A stretch of 64,000 bases of DNA from Bacillota bacterium (GTDB taxonomy: Bacteria; Bacillota; Sulfobacillia; JAJZYS01; JAJYTV01), in assembly GCA_021793315.1 (NCBI GenBank), contig JAJYSZ010000005.1:1470-65469 (forward strand), read 5' to 3'. How positions within the stretch are numbered: position 1 is the stretch's first letter; the number at the start of each line of letters is the position of its first letter. The notes below the pieces were generated by a model. That model had not been told where the DNA came from, ran no database searches, and saw only the letters and a program-made list of their open reading frames with translations. Of this stretch, positions 28,355 to 38,296 are shown piece by piece. The position numbers and the translations under genes are program-made.

Positions 28355-29689
28355 TCACCCGACCACAGCGTGGAACGTGGTGACGAGTCCGATCAGGATG
28401 ACCGATCCGGTGGCGAGATAGACAAACCAGCGGTACGGGCCGTGCATGCGGGCCTGGGCGGGCAGGGCTTTCGCCTCGAGTGCGAGCAGGAAGCCCAGCA
28501 CGATCGGAAGCAGGATTGCGTTCATCACTTCGATGTCGATCGTGAGGTGGACGAGAGGAAGGCCCGTAAGGACCACGCCTGCGCCCAACACGAGCGCCAG
28601 GACGTAGGCGAGATAGAAGTGCGACGCCTCGCCGATCTGGCTGTTGAGACTGTGCGGGCAGCCGAAGGCCTCGCCGATGCCGAAGGCTGCGGCCACCGAG
28701 ACCACAATGGCGGCGACGAGCGACGCGCCGAGGATGCCCAGGCCGAAGGCGAGTTTTGCCCCGACGAAGCCGAGGAAGGGCTGCAGCACCCGGGAGATCT
28801 CGGGGATGCTCTGCAGGGCTGTGGCATGGCCCGAGCGGCCGATCGTCGCCGCGACGGCAATGATCACGAAGATCATCACCAGCTGCGTCACGACGGCGCC
28901 GAGCAGGGTGTCGACCCGCGCGCCGCGCAGCTGGCTTGGCCGAAGTCCCTTGTCGACTACGGCGCCCTGTTGGTAGAAGACCATCCACGGCATGATCACG
29001 GCGCCGACGTTGGCGGCGAGGAGCAGGAGATAGCTGCGGTTGCCGAGCGGCATCTGGCCGAGGCCATGCACAAGCGCGGCCGGATTCGGGTGCGACATGA
29101 GGGCGGCGGGAAGAAAGAAGAGTTCGAACAGGCCCAGGGCTATGCCGACCCGCTCGACGCGGCGGTAGCTGCCGGTAAGGCCCAGTCCGATCAGGAGCAG
29201 TGCCGCGAGGACGACGGTGTAGGCTTTCGGCACGCCGAACAGCTGGGAGACGCCGGCGATGCCGGCGAATTCGGTGACCAGGGCTCCCACCGCGGCAATG
29301 AACAGGGTGAGCACCGAGAGGAAGGCCCAAGGTCGGCCGAATGCCTCGCGGATCAGTTCGCCGTGCCCTTTGCGTGTGAGAACGCCAAGGCGCACCGTCA
29401 TCTCCTGCACCACGTAGAGCACGGGGATGAGCAGAAGCTGCGGCAGAAGCATGCCGTAGCCCCAGAGGGCCCCGGACTGCGCGGCGGTCACGACGCTGCC
29501 GGCGTCGGTGTCGGCCAGCATCACCATGAGACCGGGTCCGACGACGGCGCTCAGCAGGAATAGGCGGCTGAGTCCCCTGCGGCGTGCACCTGCCCGCGGA
29601 AGTTCCCCGGAGCAGGGCGGGGCGGCGCGCCGGGGGCGACCGTGAGACAGCTTCTCCGGGGCGGCGTAGTCCGCGCCTCCTCGTCTCAC
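28355..29689 (-). CDS. NRAMP-family divalent metal (Mn2+/Fe2+) transporter
   Basis: GPGLMVMLADTDAGSVVTAAQSGALWGYGMLL resembles the Nramp DPGN/consensus region; 11-12 TM segments. The start is uncertain (Arg-rich N-terminal extension in the track). Confidence 0.65.
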   Translation of the reverse strand: MRRGGADYAAPEKLSHGRPRRAAPPCSGELPRAGARRRGLSRLFLLSAVVGPGLMVMLADTDAGSVVTAAQSGALWGYGMLLPQLLLIPVLYVVQEMTVRLGVLTRKGHGELIREAFGRPWAFLSVLTLFIAAVGALVTEFAGIAGVSQLFGVPKAYTVVLAALLLIGLGLTGSYRRVERVGIALGLFELFFLPAALMSHPNPAALVHGLGQMPLGNRSYLLLLAANVGAVIMPWMVFYQQGAVVDKGLRPSQLRGARVDTLLGAVVTQLVMIFVIIAVAATIGRSGHATALQSIPEISRVLQPFLGFVGAKLAFGLGILGASLVAAIVVSVAAAFGIGEAFGCPHSLNSQIGEASHFYLAYVLALVLGAGVVLTGLPLVHLTIDIEVMNAILLPIVLGFLLALEAKALPAQARMHGPYRWFVYLATGSVILIGLVTTFHAVVG

Positions 29690-29918
29690 CCCGCACCTCC
29701 TAGTGGTTCGCCGTCGAGTTAGGCCTGCCTAATAAACGGTCGAATTTCTGCCCGAGGGCGTCAAGGGTCACAAGACCGCCCCTCATGGGCCGATGGGACA
29801 TTCGCTTGCCTGGCGGGTGTGTCCCGAGCGTGGCATGCCAACAGTCTGCGCCGCGACCGGCATGAGAATGCCGCCAGGACCCGCGCGGGTCCCGGCGGCA
29901 TTGGCGGCGGAGCGGAGG

Positions 29919-30542
29919 TCAGTCTGCGGCGGCCTTCGGCACTTCGCAGAGGAGGATGTCGACCGGCAGGCGCAGCAGGCTGCGGCGCATTGAGATGCGC
30001 GCGACGAGTCCCGCCTGCGTGGCGAGCCGGCGCAAGGCGAGCGGCCGTCCGAGCGCGGCGAGGCGCAGGATGCTGCGCAGTACAAGATAGAAGGAGAGCG
30101 TGCGCCCGTAGGGCATCTCTTCGGCCAGCGCGGCCAGCACGATGCGTCCCCCTGGGCGTACGACGCGGCGCAGCTCTTTGAGGGCGCCCGCGGTACCTTC
30201 GGGCCTCAAAAGCTCCAGGACAAGGCTCACGGCTGCCGCGTCGAAACTGCCGTCCGCAAAGGGTAGCGCCCGGACGTCGCCCTGGCGGACCTCGATACGG
30301 TCCCTGAAGGGCGTGCGGGCGATCTGGCGCTGCGCCTGCCGCAGCATGGCAGGGGAGACGTCGACGCCAAAGACCTTGCCTTCCTCGCCGACCAGGTCCG
30401 CCAGCGCGACGGCGAGCCTGCCGGTACCCGTGCCCACGTCCAGCACCCGCTCGCCGGGAGCGGGATGCAGGAGGGCCAGCACCGCCTCCCAGGTCTCCTG
30501 GGACGTTTCGAACATGAACATGTCGTAGAGCCTGTGGGCCAT
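29919..30542 (-). CDS. Class I SAM-dependent methyltransferase (UbiE/COQ5-like)
   Basis: SAM motif I VLDVGTGTGRLAVALA, and GDVRALPFADGSFDAAAVSLVLELL...GGRIVLAAL. Start at MAHRLYDMF. Confidence 0.75.
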   Translation of the reverse strand: MAHRLYDMFMFETSQETWEAVLALLHPAPGERVLDVGTGTGRLAVALADLVGEEGKVFGVDVSPAMLRQAQRQIARTPFRDRIEVRQGDVRALPFADGSFDAAAVSLVLELLRPEGTAGALKELRRVVRPGGRIVLAALAEEMPYGRTLSFYLVLRSILRLAALGRPLALRRLATQAGLVARISMRRSLLRLPVDILLCEVPKAAAD

Positions 30543-30711
30543 GCCGTAGAACCGTTGCAGCCTGGCCGTCCTTCCGTCCCGCCTGAGGTCCGACGTAAGA
30601 TTTCGCCGCCTTCCGAACCTGATGCGCGATGTCGCCCCTAGGATGATAGCAGAGCGGACGGCAGGTGACCGATCGCGATCCGGCGTAACAGGACCTGCGA
30701 GGAGGCCAGCC

Positions 30712-31890
30712 ATGGGTTACACGCTCGAAGACCTGCGCGCCGATGTTCCCGTTGTGCGGCGCAAGGTCTATCTGAACACCGGTACCATGGGCGCCGCGCC
30801 GCAGACGGTGACGGTGCGCTTCTTCAAGGCGTACGAACAGTGGCAGGTGGAGGGATCGGGCTGGCCGGAGGCGTACGAGCGCCGGCGGGGCGGCATGACT
30901 GCCGTGCGCGGGGCGATGGCCCTCTTGCTCGGCGTGCCGCAGGCCAGGATAGGTTTTGCGGGCAATGTGACGCAGACCATCAACTGGGTCGCCCAGGGGC
31001 TGCGGTTCGATGAAGGCGACGAGGTCATCGTCGGCGCGGAGGAGCACCCTGCGAATCGCTACCCCTGGCGTGCTCTCGAGGCGATGGGGCGGATCCGGGT
31101 GATCCCGTGGCCGATGGCGCAGGATGACGAGGAGCTGCTCGCGGACCTGCGTCGCCTGATCGGTGCCAGGACGCGCCTCGTCGCGGTCAGCCACGTGCTG
31201 CAGACGAGCGGGCGCGTGCTGCCGGCCGCGGCCATCGCGGAGCTCTGCCGCAGCCGCGGCGTATGGTCGCTGATCGACGGCGCGCAGGCCCTGGGTCAGG
31301 TGCAGGTCGATCTCGCCGCGATCGACCCGGACTTCTACCCATTCTCGGGGCACAAGTGGCTGCTCGGCCCTGTCGGCACCGCAGGCATCTACATCCGGCC
31401 GGACAAGCTCGCCAAGCTCGGGCTGCTGCCAGCGGGCAGCGGCTCCGCCGCGCACGACCTCGCCGGCCGGGAGCGTGCCGACGTGCCCTGGCGCCAGGAG
31501 GCGCGACGGTTCGAGGTGGGCACGGCGAACTGGCCGCTCTTCGAGGGTCTTGAAGCCGCCCTCGCCATCAGGGCAGAGATCGGCTCCGCGACGATCGAGC
31601 AGCACCAGTGCCGCCTTGCGCAGGCGTTCTTGGAGGGTCTGCCGTCCGGGCCCGAGGTCGTGGCGGTGCCGCAGCGCGCCGCCATGTGCACCTTGCGCTT
31701 TCGGCAAGGGCCGGAGGACGTCCTCGAGCGCCTCGCGGCCGATCGTGTGATCGCCCGCCGGGTCGGGGAGTTCGAGCCCTCCGGCGTGCGCTTCTCGTTC
31801 GGCCCCTACAACAACCTCGACGACGTCGCGGCGGCCCATCGGGCCATCGCGGCCCATCGGGCCATCGCGGCCCTGACGGCCCATGTCTAG
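30712..31890 (+). CDS. Aminotransferase class V (cysteine desulfurase / isopenicillin-N-epimerase-like PLP enzyme)
   Basis: ATG follows a GAGGAGG RBS. VYLNTGTMGAAPQ, HVLQTSGRVLP, LIDGAQALGQVQVDL, FSGHKWLLGPVGTAGIY. The C-terminus carries a duplicated AAHRAIAAHRAIA. Confidence 0.75.
   Translation: MGYTLEDLRADVPVVRRKVYLNTGTMGAAPQTVTVRFFKAYEQWQVEGSGWPEAYERRRGGMTAVRGAMALLLGVPQARIGFAGNVTQTINWVAQGLRFDEGDEVIVGAEEHPANRYPWRALEAMGRIRVIPWPMAQDDEELLADLRRLIGARTRLVAVSHVLQTSGRVLPAAAIAELCRSRGVWSLIDGAQALGQVQVDLAAIDPDFYPFSGHKWLLGPVGTAGIYIRPDKLAKLGLLPAGSGSAAHDLAGRERADVPWRQEARRFEVGTANWPLFEGLEAALAIRAEIGSATIEQHQCRLAQAFLEGLPSGPEVVAVPQRAAMCTLRFRQGPEDVLERLAADRVIARRVGEFEPSGVRFSFGPYNNLDDVAAAHRAIAAHRAIAALTAHV
31831..31873 (+). 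repeat. Direct tandem duplication (18-bp unit x2 plus partial) inside the 3' end of the aminotransferase CDS
   Basis: gcggcccatcgggccatc repeated back-to-back, encoding AAHRAI-AAHRAI. Confidence 0.7.
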
Positions 31891-33109
31891 CGGCGGGTCG
31901 GGGCCGCTCGCGGGGGTGCGGGTGCTCGATCTCTCTCGCGTGCTGGCGGGTCCCTACGCGACGATGGGCCTGGGCGAGCTCGGCGCGCGGGTGATCAAGG
32001 TGGAGCACGTCCAGGAGGGTGACGAGACGCGCAGCTGGGGGCCGCCCTTCATCAAGGGCGAATCGGCCTACTACCTTGGCGTCAACCGCAACAAGGAGAG
32101 CATCGCGCTCGATCTGACACAGTCGCTCGCCCAGGACGTGGTGCGCCGGCTGGCGCTCAGATGGGCGGACGTGGTCGTCGAGAACTTCCGTCCCGGCAAC
32201 CTCGAGCGGTTCAACCTGTCGCTCGAGACGATGCGGCGGGACAACCCGGCCCTGATCACCGCAAGTGTCCGCGGCTATCCCTTGGGCGACGATCGGGCCG
32301 GCTACGATTTCGTCATCCAGGGTGCGGGCGGGCTGATGTCCATCACGGGGCCGGCGGACGGTCCGCCTTACAAGGTCGGGGTTGCGGCCGCCGACCTCTT
32401 CACGAGCTCGTTCCTCTTGAGCGGCATCCTGGCGGCGCTCTACTCCCGCTGCCAGACGGGCAAAGGCCAGCATGTGTCGGTATCGCTGTTCGAGTGCGAG
32501 GTGGCGATGCTGGCGAACGTCGCCTCGAGCCACCTGCTTACGGGACAGCCAGCGGGGCGCTACGGCAACGCCCACCCGTCGATGGCACCCTACGAGGTCT
32601 TCGAGACAAGGGACGGGCAGCTGACGCTGGGCGTCGGCAACGACCGGCAGTTCAAGAGCCTTTCGGAGGCCCTCGGGCATCCCGAGTGGGTCCAGGATGA
32701 GCGCTTTGCCACCAACCCCCAGCGCGTGGTCAACCGCCAGGCCCTGAAGGATGCAATCGACGCTGCGCTTTCGCCGCGCGGGCGCGAGGAGTGGCTCGAA
32801 CTCCTGACCGCGGCCGGCATTCCCTGCGGGCCGATCCGGACAGTCAGCGAGGTCTTCGCGAGTCCAGAAGTGGCCGAGGCCGGCACCGTGGTCGAGATGG
32901 ACCATCCCCTGATCCCGAACCTCAAGCAGGTGCGGCTGCCGTGGCGCTTTACGGGCACGCCCGCCGAACCGCGTACGCCGCCGCCGCTGCACGGGCAGCA
33001 TACGCGGCGCATCCTGCGCGAGGTGGGGCTCAGTGAGCAAGAGGTCGAGGCCGCCTTTTCGGACGGCGTCGCGAACGGACCGCAGGTTGAGGCAAACGCG
33101 CCGGACTGA
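31883..33109 (+). CDS. CoA-transferase family III (CaiB/BaiF-like)
   Basis: GPLAGVRVLDLSRVLAGPYATMGLGELGARVIKVE...ESIALDL...ENFRPG...DFVIQGAGGLMSITG is diagnostic of the family. ATG overlaps the upstream stop. Confidence 0.85.
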   Translation: MSSGGSGPLAGVRVLDLSRVLAGPYATMGLGELGARVIKVEHVQEGDETRSWGPPFIKGESAYYLGVNRNKESIALDLTQSLAQDVVRRLALRWADVVVENFRPGNLERFNLSLETMRRDNPALITASVRGYPLGDDRAGYDFVIQGAGGLMSITGPADGPPYKVGVAAADLFTSSFLLSGILAALYSRCQTGKGQHVSVSLFECEVAMLANVASSHLLTGQPAGRYGNAHPSMAPYEVFETRDGQLTLGVGNDRQFKSLSEALGHPEWVQDERFATNPQRVVNRQALKDAIDAALSPRGREEWLELLTAAGIPCGPIRTVSEVFASPEVAEAGTVVEMDHPLIPNLKQVRLPWRFTGTPAEPRTPPPLHGQHTRRILREVGLSEQEVEAAFSDGVANGPQVEANAPD

Positions 33110-33305
33110 GCGCCGGCCGACCGATGCGATCGGAGGCGCCGCCAACGGCTGCGGGCCTCCGACCTTTTCTTCGCGCATGTCGCTGTTGCGGGCAGCCTAG
33201 TGCCTTGTTGACTTCCGCATGCGGCACCGGCTGGCGCGAGGCGGCGCTCCGGCTCTGGGATGCGGCGCGGTCGCCCCGCCCCTGCCCGCGCGTCCCGGAT
33301 GGAAA

Positions 33306-33336
33306 GGGGCTGTCCCGCAGGTTGCGGGACAGCCCC
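33306..33336. terminator. Perfect 13-bp-stem hairpin between convergent CoA-transferase and MBL genes
   Basis: ggggctgtcccgc-aggtt-gcgggacagcccc. Confidence 0.5.
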
Positions 33337-33356
33337 TCATGGACGGCGCGGTGTCG

Positions 33357-34079
33357 TCAGCCGACGATTTCCTGCAGGCGCTTGCCGGCACCCGGGCCAA
33401 ACAGGCCGCCGTGGTAGCAGAGCACGTACTCGACGTCCTTCGGCAGCTTGGCGAGCGACGCCTGGGCGGTAGGCATGTCCGGCGTCACCTCGGGTCCTGG
33501 CCCTTCGAGCTGGCCGTTCACGACGCGCATGGCGTCGCCCGAGATCAACGTGCGGTGCTTCGGGAAGTACAGGCTGATGTGGCCAGGGGTGTGGCCCGGC
33601 GTGTGGATGATCCTGATGCCGCCGTAGAGAGGCAGCTCCTCGTCGTCTTCCAGCAGCACGTCCACGTGCGCCTTGGGCGGATCGGACATCAACTGCTTGA
33701 ACTGGGCCTGTGCCGCCTCGGGCATGCGCTCCAGCATGCGCTGCATGCGCTCCGGGTTGAACTTCAGCAGTGGCTCGCTGCCTTCGATGTAGGGCGCTTC
33801 AAGGCGGTGGGCAAGCACGGTGGCGCGTCCTGCGGCGATCGCCGGCAGGTTGCCGATATGGTCAATGTCCTGGTGGGTCAGGATGACGCGATCGAGCTCG
33901 GCCATGGAGAGGCCGTGAGCCTTGAGGGCAGCCTCGAGCGCGGCTCCCTGACCGGGGAAGCCCGTGTCGACGAGCGTGGCGCCTTCCTCGCTCATGAGCA
34001 GGACCGGGTGGACGACGCTGGGGCCACCGAACCCCTGCATCGGCAATTCGAGCACTTCTGCGCCTGGAAACAACTGCAT
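33357..34079 (-). CDS. MBL-fold metallo-hydrolase
   Basis: ILTHQDIDHIGN (HxHxDH motif) plus a downstream HTPGHTPGH and YHGG. Confidence 0.8.
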   Translation of the reverse strand: MQLFPGAEVLELPMQGFGGPSVVHPVLLMSEEGATLVDTGFPGQGAALEAALKAHGLSMAELDRVILTHQDIDHIGNLPAIAAGRATVLAHRLEAPYIEGSEPLLKFNPERMQRMLERMPEAAQAQFKQLMSDPPKAHVDVLLEDDEELPLYGGIRIIHTPGHTPGHISLYFPKHRTLISGDAMRVVNGQLEGPGPEVTPDMPTAQASLAKLPKDVEYVLCYHGGLFGPGAGKRLQEIVG

Positions 34080-34139
34080 CGATGTGCCTCCTCGCTTCTG
34101 GGGAAAGTACCTGGAACTTCGCGCCCGCAGGTCCGGTTC

Positions 34140-35222
34140 CTAGGGCCAAAGGACCTGTCCGCCCGGAGTACGCAACGCCATGCGCCGCCCGGTGTCGGAC
34201 GAGTATCGTGCGGCGTCGAGCAGCCGCTGGCTTTCGACGCCGTCCTGGAAGGTCGGGAGATCGGCAGCTGGCCGGCCCGTCGCCAGCGTTTCGTGCAGAC
34301 GGTCGAGGAAGGGGAGCAGCGCACTCGCGTACCCCCCGGCGACGTCCGGCAGCTCCGGTGCCGCGGCTGCTTCCGGCAGCGCGACATCCTGCCAGTCGTC
34401 GCCGCCGCGCTGCAGTCGCACCGTGCGGTCGTCCGCGAGGGCGACGGTCCCTTCCGTGCCCTGCACTTCGAGCTGCCAGCCGGAAGGGCGGTTGGTGGCG
34501 CTTGAGTAGTCGAGCAGGAAGGTGGCGCCCGACACAAGGCGGCCGAACACCTGGAAGGCGTCGTCCGCGTCGCGCCGCTCGCCCTCTGCTCCCTCGGCCA
34601 CGTGCGTCGTCAGCTGCGCGGAAAGTTCGGCGACTTCGTCGCCCGTCCAGTAGCGCAGACTATCGAACATGTGGCTGCCCAGGGCACCGAGCCGGCCGCC
34701 GCCCTGCTGCCGGCTGCCGAGCCAGCCGAGACGCGCGCTGCGAAGCTGTGCGTAGCGCGGGTCCTGACCCGCATACGCGACATGCAGGACCCGACCGATC
34801 GCGCCTTCGGCGACCAGACGGCGCACCGTGGCGCGAGCGGGGCGGAAGCGGAATTCGAACGTGACCGCACCGATGCGCCCCTTGGCCCGGCGCACGGATT
34901 CCATCGACTCTGCCTCGGCCAGATCGAGCGCCATGGGTTTTTCGCAGAGGACATGGAGGCCGCGCTGAAGAGCCGCTTCCGTGATCTCTCGGTGGAGAGC
35001 CGGGCTGGCCGCGACCACCAGGAGGTCGAGGGGCAGATCGAGCAGCCGGTGCCAGTCGTCCAAGACGTGCTCGACGCCGCTCTCGGCCCGGACGCGGTCC
35101 GGGTCGCCGCGGTGCAGGCTCGCGATCGCCACCGGCTCGAAGCCTGGGTGGGCCCTGAGCATCGGCGCGTGGATGCGGGCGCCAAAGCCGCTGCCGGCGA
35201 TACCTACGCGAACAACATCCAA
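34140..35222 (-). CDS. Gfo/Idh/MocA-family NAD(P)-dependent oxidoreductase
   Basis: TTG start after AAGGAGG, then VRVGIAGSGFGARIHAPMLRAHPGFEPVAIAS (Rossmann) and the EKPMALDLAEA consensus. Confidence 0.8.
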   Translation of the reverse strand: MDVVRVGIAGSGFGARIHAPMLRAHPGFEPVAIASLHRGDPDRVRAESGVEHVLDDWHRLLDLPLDLLVVAASPALHREITEAALQRGLHVLCEKPMALDLAEAESMESVRRAKGRIGAVTFEFRFRPARATVRRLVAEGAIGRVLHVAYAGQDPRYAQLRSARLGWLGSRQQGGGRLGALGSHMFDSLRYWTGDEVAELSAQLTTHVAEGAEGERRDADDAFQVFGRLVSGATFLLDYSSATNRPSGWQLEVQGTEGTVALADDRTVRLQRGGDDWQDVALPEAAAAPELPDVAGGYASALLPFLDRLHETLATGRPAADLPTFQDGVESQRLLDAARYSSDTGRRMALRTPGGQVLWP

Positions 35223-35414
35223 GGGGAGCGCCTCCTTGCAACTAAGTCCTTCGGCGCTGCCGCAGCGTGTCCTCCCGGTTCCTGCCATGCGCGCGTCGCG
35301 CGGCAGCGTGGGCCCTAGGTTGGTGGCGGCACCGCGGCAGCGATTGCTGTGGCCTTATGACCTTGACGGTCCGATCGCCCTTGCCTACAGTACTTGCCAC
35401 GTCCCACAGCCATT

Positions 35415-35432
35415 CGGCCGTTGGTTATAATG
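35415..35432 (+). promoter_or_regulatory. Candidate -10 region (TGgtTATAAT) upstream of sucA
   Basis: ccgttggttataatgag about 65 nt upstream of the sucA ATG. No convincing -35 was found. Confidence 0.3.
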
Positions 35433-35494
35433 AGACCTACTTGGCACGACGTCCCGGATGACCAAGAAAATCTGGCCGCGCGAGGAAGATCAGC

Positions 35495-38296
35495 ATGGAC
35501 CTGGGGGAGCTGTTTCATGGTCCGAACGCTGGTTGGGCCCTGGAGCTCTACGAGCGTTTCCGGCAGGATCCTCAGTCGGTCGACGCGGCAACGGCTGCCA
35601 TCTTTCGGCGCCTGGAGCAGGAGGGCGGCGTCCGTCTGGCCGAAGCTCCGAGCGCTGGGGCCACCGCGCCGGCAGATGTGCAGGAGATCGTGCTTGCCGC
35701 GCGTCTGGCGCGCAACATCAGGGAGTACGGACACCTCAAGGCGCACCTCGACCCCTTGGGCCAGGACCCGCCGACGCGGCACGCACTCGACGCCCAGGGC
35801 TACGGCCTGACGGACGAGCAGATGGATAGGCTGCCGGGAGCGATCGCGTTCCCGGCCGCAGGGCCTGCGGCAGGCACTCTGCGTCAGGCGATCCGCCGTC
35901 TCGAGGAGATCTACATGGGCACCATCGGCTTCGACTTCAGCCACGTGCACGAGGCGGAGGAGAGGCAGTGGCTGCAGCACGCCGCGGAGGACGGCAGCTA
36001 TCGGCAGATGGCGGCGGCGCGCCGGCTCGAGATCCTTGAACGTCTCACCGACGTCGAGGAGTTTGAGCAGTTCCTGCATCGCACATTCCAAGGACAGAAG
36101 CGGTTCTCGATCGAGGGCAACGACGTACTGGTGCCCATGCTGGACGAGATCATCGACGCGGCCGTGGAGAGCGGCACGCGCGAGGTGACGATCGGCATGG
36201 CGCACCGCGGCCGCCTCTCGGTCCTGACGCATGTCATCGGCAAGTCGTTCGGCCAGATCTTCACCGAGTTCCACGTGGGACCGAACGAGCAGCCGGACCT
36301 CTACGTCGGCTGGAGCGGCGACGTCAAGTACCACCTGGGATCGCGCCGGACCATCCAGACCGAGGGTGAGCAGCCGGTGCAGATCACCCTCGCGAACAAC
36401 CCGAGCCACCTGGAGTTCGTCAACCCCGTGGTCCAAGGCATGACCCGCGGTGCGCAGGACGACCGCAGCACCCCGGGGCGTCCGCGACCGGACTTCTCGC
36501 TGGCCCTGAACGTTTCGGTGCACGGTGACGCCTCGTTCCCGGGCGAGGGTATCGTCGCCGAGACCCTGAACCTGTCGCAGCTCAGCGGCTACACGACGGG
36601 CGGCTCGGTGCACATCATCGCCAACAACCAGATCGGCTTCACCACGGATCCCGGCGAGGACCGCTCGACGCGCTACGCGTCCGACCTCGCCAAGGGTTTC
36701 GAGATTCCCATCCTGCACGTGAACGCGGATGACGCCGATGCGTGCATGACGGCTGCGCGCATCGCCATCGCCTATCGCCAGCTCTTCCACAAGGACTTCC
36801 TGATCGATCTCGTCGGCTACCGGCGCTACGGCCACAACGAGGGCGACGAGCCGAACTTCACCCAGCCCCTGCTCTACGACCTGATCGGCAAGCACCCGAC
36901 CGTGCGCAAGGTCTACCAGGACCGCCTGGTCGCGGAGGGCATCGTGGATGCCGGCGCCGCGGCGGCCATGCAGGAGAAGGCCAGGGAGCGCCTGCGGGCG
37001 GCGTTCGACGAAGTCGTCGAGGGACGCGTCAAGTTCCCCCAGGCGATGCCCGAAGAGCACACCCTGCAGGGCCTCGCGAAGCCACCCGGCGAGGAGCGGC
37101 TGCGCGCCGCGAACGATGCGCTGCTGGCAAGGCCGGAGGGCTTCACGGGCAGCGCGAAGCTGGAACGGCTTCTGCAGCGGCGGCGGGATCTTCTCGACAA
37201 GCCGCAAGGCATCGACTGGGCGCACGCGGAAAGCCTTGCGCTCGCCACCATCCTCGAGGACGCGGTGCCGATCCGCATGAGCGGGCAGGACACCGAGCGC
37301 GGCACCTTCAGCCAGCGCCACCTGGTGCTGCACGATGTGCACGACGGCCACCGCTATATGCCGCTGCAGCACCTGCCGACGGCCAAGGCGTCGTTCGCGG
37401 TGTACAACAGTCCCTTGTCCGAGTCCGGGGTGCTCGGGTTCGAGTACGGCTACGGACTGAGAGCCCCGCAGACACTCGTCATCTGGGAGGCCCAGTTCGG
37501 GGACTTCGCCAATGCGGCGCAGGTGATGATCGACCAGTTCCTCGCCCCGGCCAGGGCGAAGTGGCGGGAGCGCTCGAACCTCGTCCTGCTGCTGCCGCAC
37601 GGCTACGAGGGCCAGGGACCGGAGCACTCGAGCGGCCGCGTCGAGCGCTACCTGCAGCTGGCCGCCGAGGGCAACCTGCGGATCGCCAACTGCACGACAT
37701 CCGCGCAATACTTCCACCTGCTGCGGCTTCAGGCTGCTGCCTTGGGGCTGCAGCCGCGCCCGCTCGTGGTGATGACGCCGAAGAGCCTGCTGCGCCATCC
37801 CCTGGCGCAGTCCGACCTGGCGGCCCTGGCCACCGGCAGCTTCGAGCCGGTGCTCGAGGACGATACGGCCAAGAGCCGGCGGGAGCGCGTGGAGCGCCTT
37901 GTCTTCTGCAGCGGCAAGATTTCGGTCGAGTACCGGCTGGCCGCCAAGGAGCACCGCGATGCCGAGCGTGCCGCGCTGCTGCGGGTCGAGCTCCTCTACC
38001 CCTTCCCGGAGGACGCGATCCGGCAAATCGTCGCGGCCTATCCCGGGGTGCGCGAAGCGGTCTGGCTCCAGGAGGAGCCCGCCAACATGGGCCCATGGGC
38101 GTTCGTTGCGCCGCGGCTGCGGCCGCTACTGCCGGACGGTGTCCCGCTCCGCTACGTCGGCCGTCCGGAACGGGCGTCGACGGCCGAGGGCATGCCGGAC
38201 GTGCACAAGGCCGAGCACGACCGCATCATCCAGGAAGCACTTTCGCTGCCGGAGGACAAACTGCAAACGCGGGGTGTGAAGAGACGTGCCAACTGA
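35495..38296 (+). CDS. sucA: 2-oxoglutarate dehydrogenase E1 component
   Basis: 933 aa with the OGDH E1 hallmarks (LAEAPSAGATAPADVQEIVLAARLARNIREYGHLKAHLDPLG, GMAHRGRLSVL, ThDP-binding region). RBS GAGGAAG. Confidence 0.9.
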   Translation: MDLGELFHGPNAGWALELYERFRQDPQSVDAATAAIFRRLEQEGGVRLAEAPSAGATAPADVQEIVLAARLARNIREYGHLKAHLDPLGQDPPTRHALDAQGYGLTDEQMDRLPGAIAFPAAGPAAGTLRQAIRRLEEIYMGTIGFDFSHVHEAEERQWLQHAAEDGSYRQMAAARRLEILERLTDVEEFEQFLHRTFQGQKRFSIEGNDVLVPMLDEIIDAAVESGTREVTIGMAHRGRLSVLTHVIGKSFGQIFTEFHVGPNEQPDLYVGWSGDVKYHLGSRRTIQTEGEQPVQITLANNPSHLEFVNPVVQGMTRGAQDDRSTPGRPRPDFSLALNVSVHGDASFPGEGIVAETLNLSQLSGYTTGGSVHIIANNQIGFTTDPGEDRSTRYASDLAKGFEIPILHVNADDADACMTAARIAIAYRQLFHKDFLIDLVGYRRYGHNEGDEPNFTQPLLYDLIGKHPTVRKVYQDRLVAEGIVDAGAAAAMQEKARERLRAAFDEVVEGRVKFPQAMPEEHTLQGLAKPPGEERLRAANDALLARPEGFTGSAKLERLLQRRRDLLDKPQGIDWAHAESLALATILEDAVPIRMSGQDTERGTFSQRHLVLHDVHDGHRYMPLQHLPTAKASFAVYNSPLSESGVLGFEYGYGLRAPQTLVIWEAQFGDFANAAQVMIDQFLAPARAKWRERSNLVLLLPHGYEGQGPEHSSGRVERYLQLAAEGNLRIANCTTSAQYFHLLRLQAAALGLQPRPLVVMTPKSLLRHPLAQSDLAALATGSFEPVLEDDTAKSRRERVERLVFCSGKISVEYRLAAKEHRDAERAALLRVELLYPFPEDAIRQIVAAYPGVREAVWLQEEPANMGPWAFVAPRLRPLLPDGVPLRYVGRPERASTAEGMPDVHKAEHDRIIQEALSLPEDKLQTRGVKRRAN

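Noticed and set aside
35315-38026. 903-aa ORF antisense to sucA, and similar long antisense ORFs (731..2437 +, 9672..11912 +, 17774..19651 +, 43738..45792 5' extension)
   Set aside because: Arg/Ala/Gly-rich low-complexity translations typical of stop-codon-poor antisense frames in about 70% GC DNA. The opposite strand carries well-supported conserved genes.
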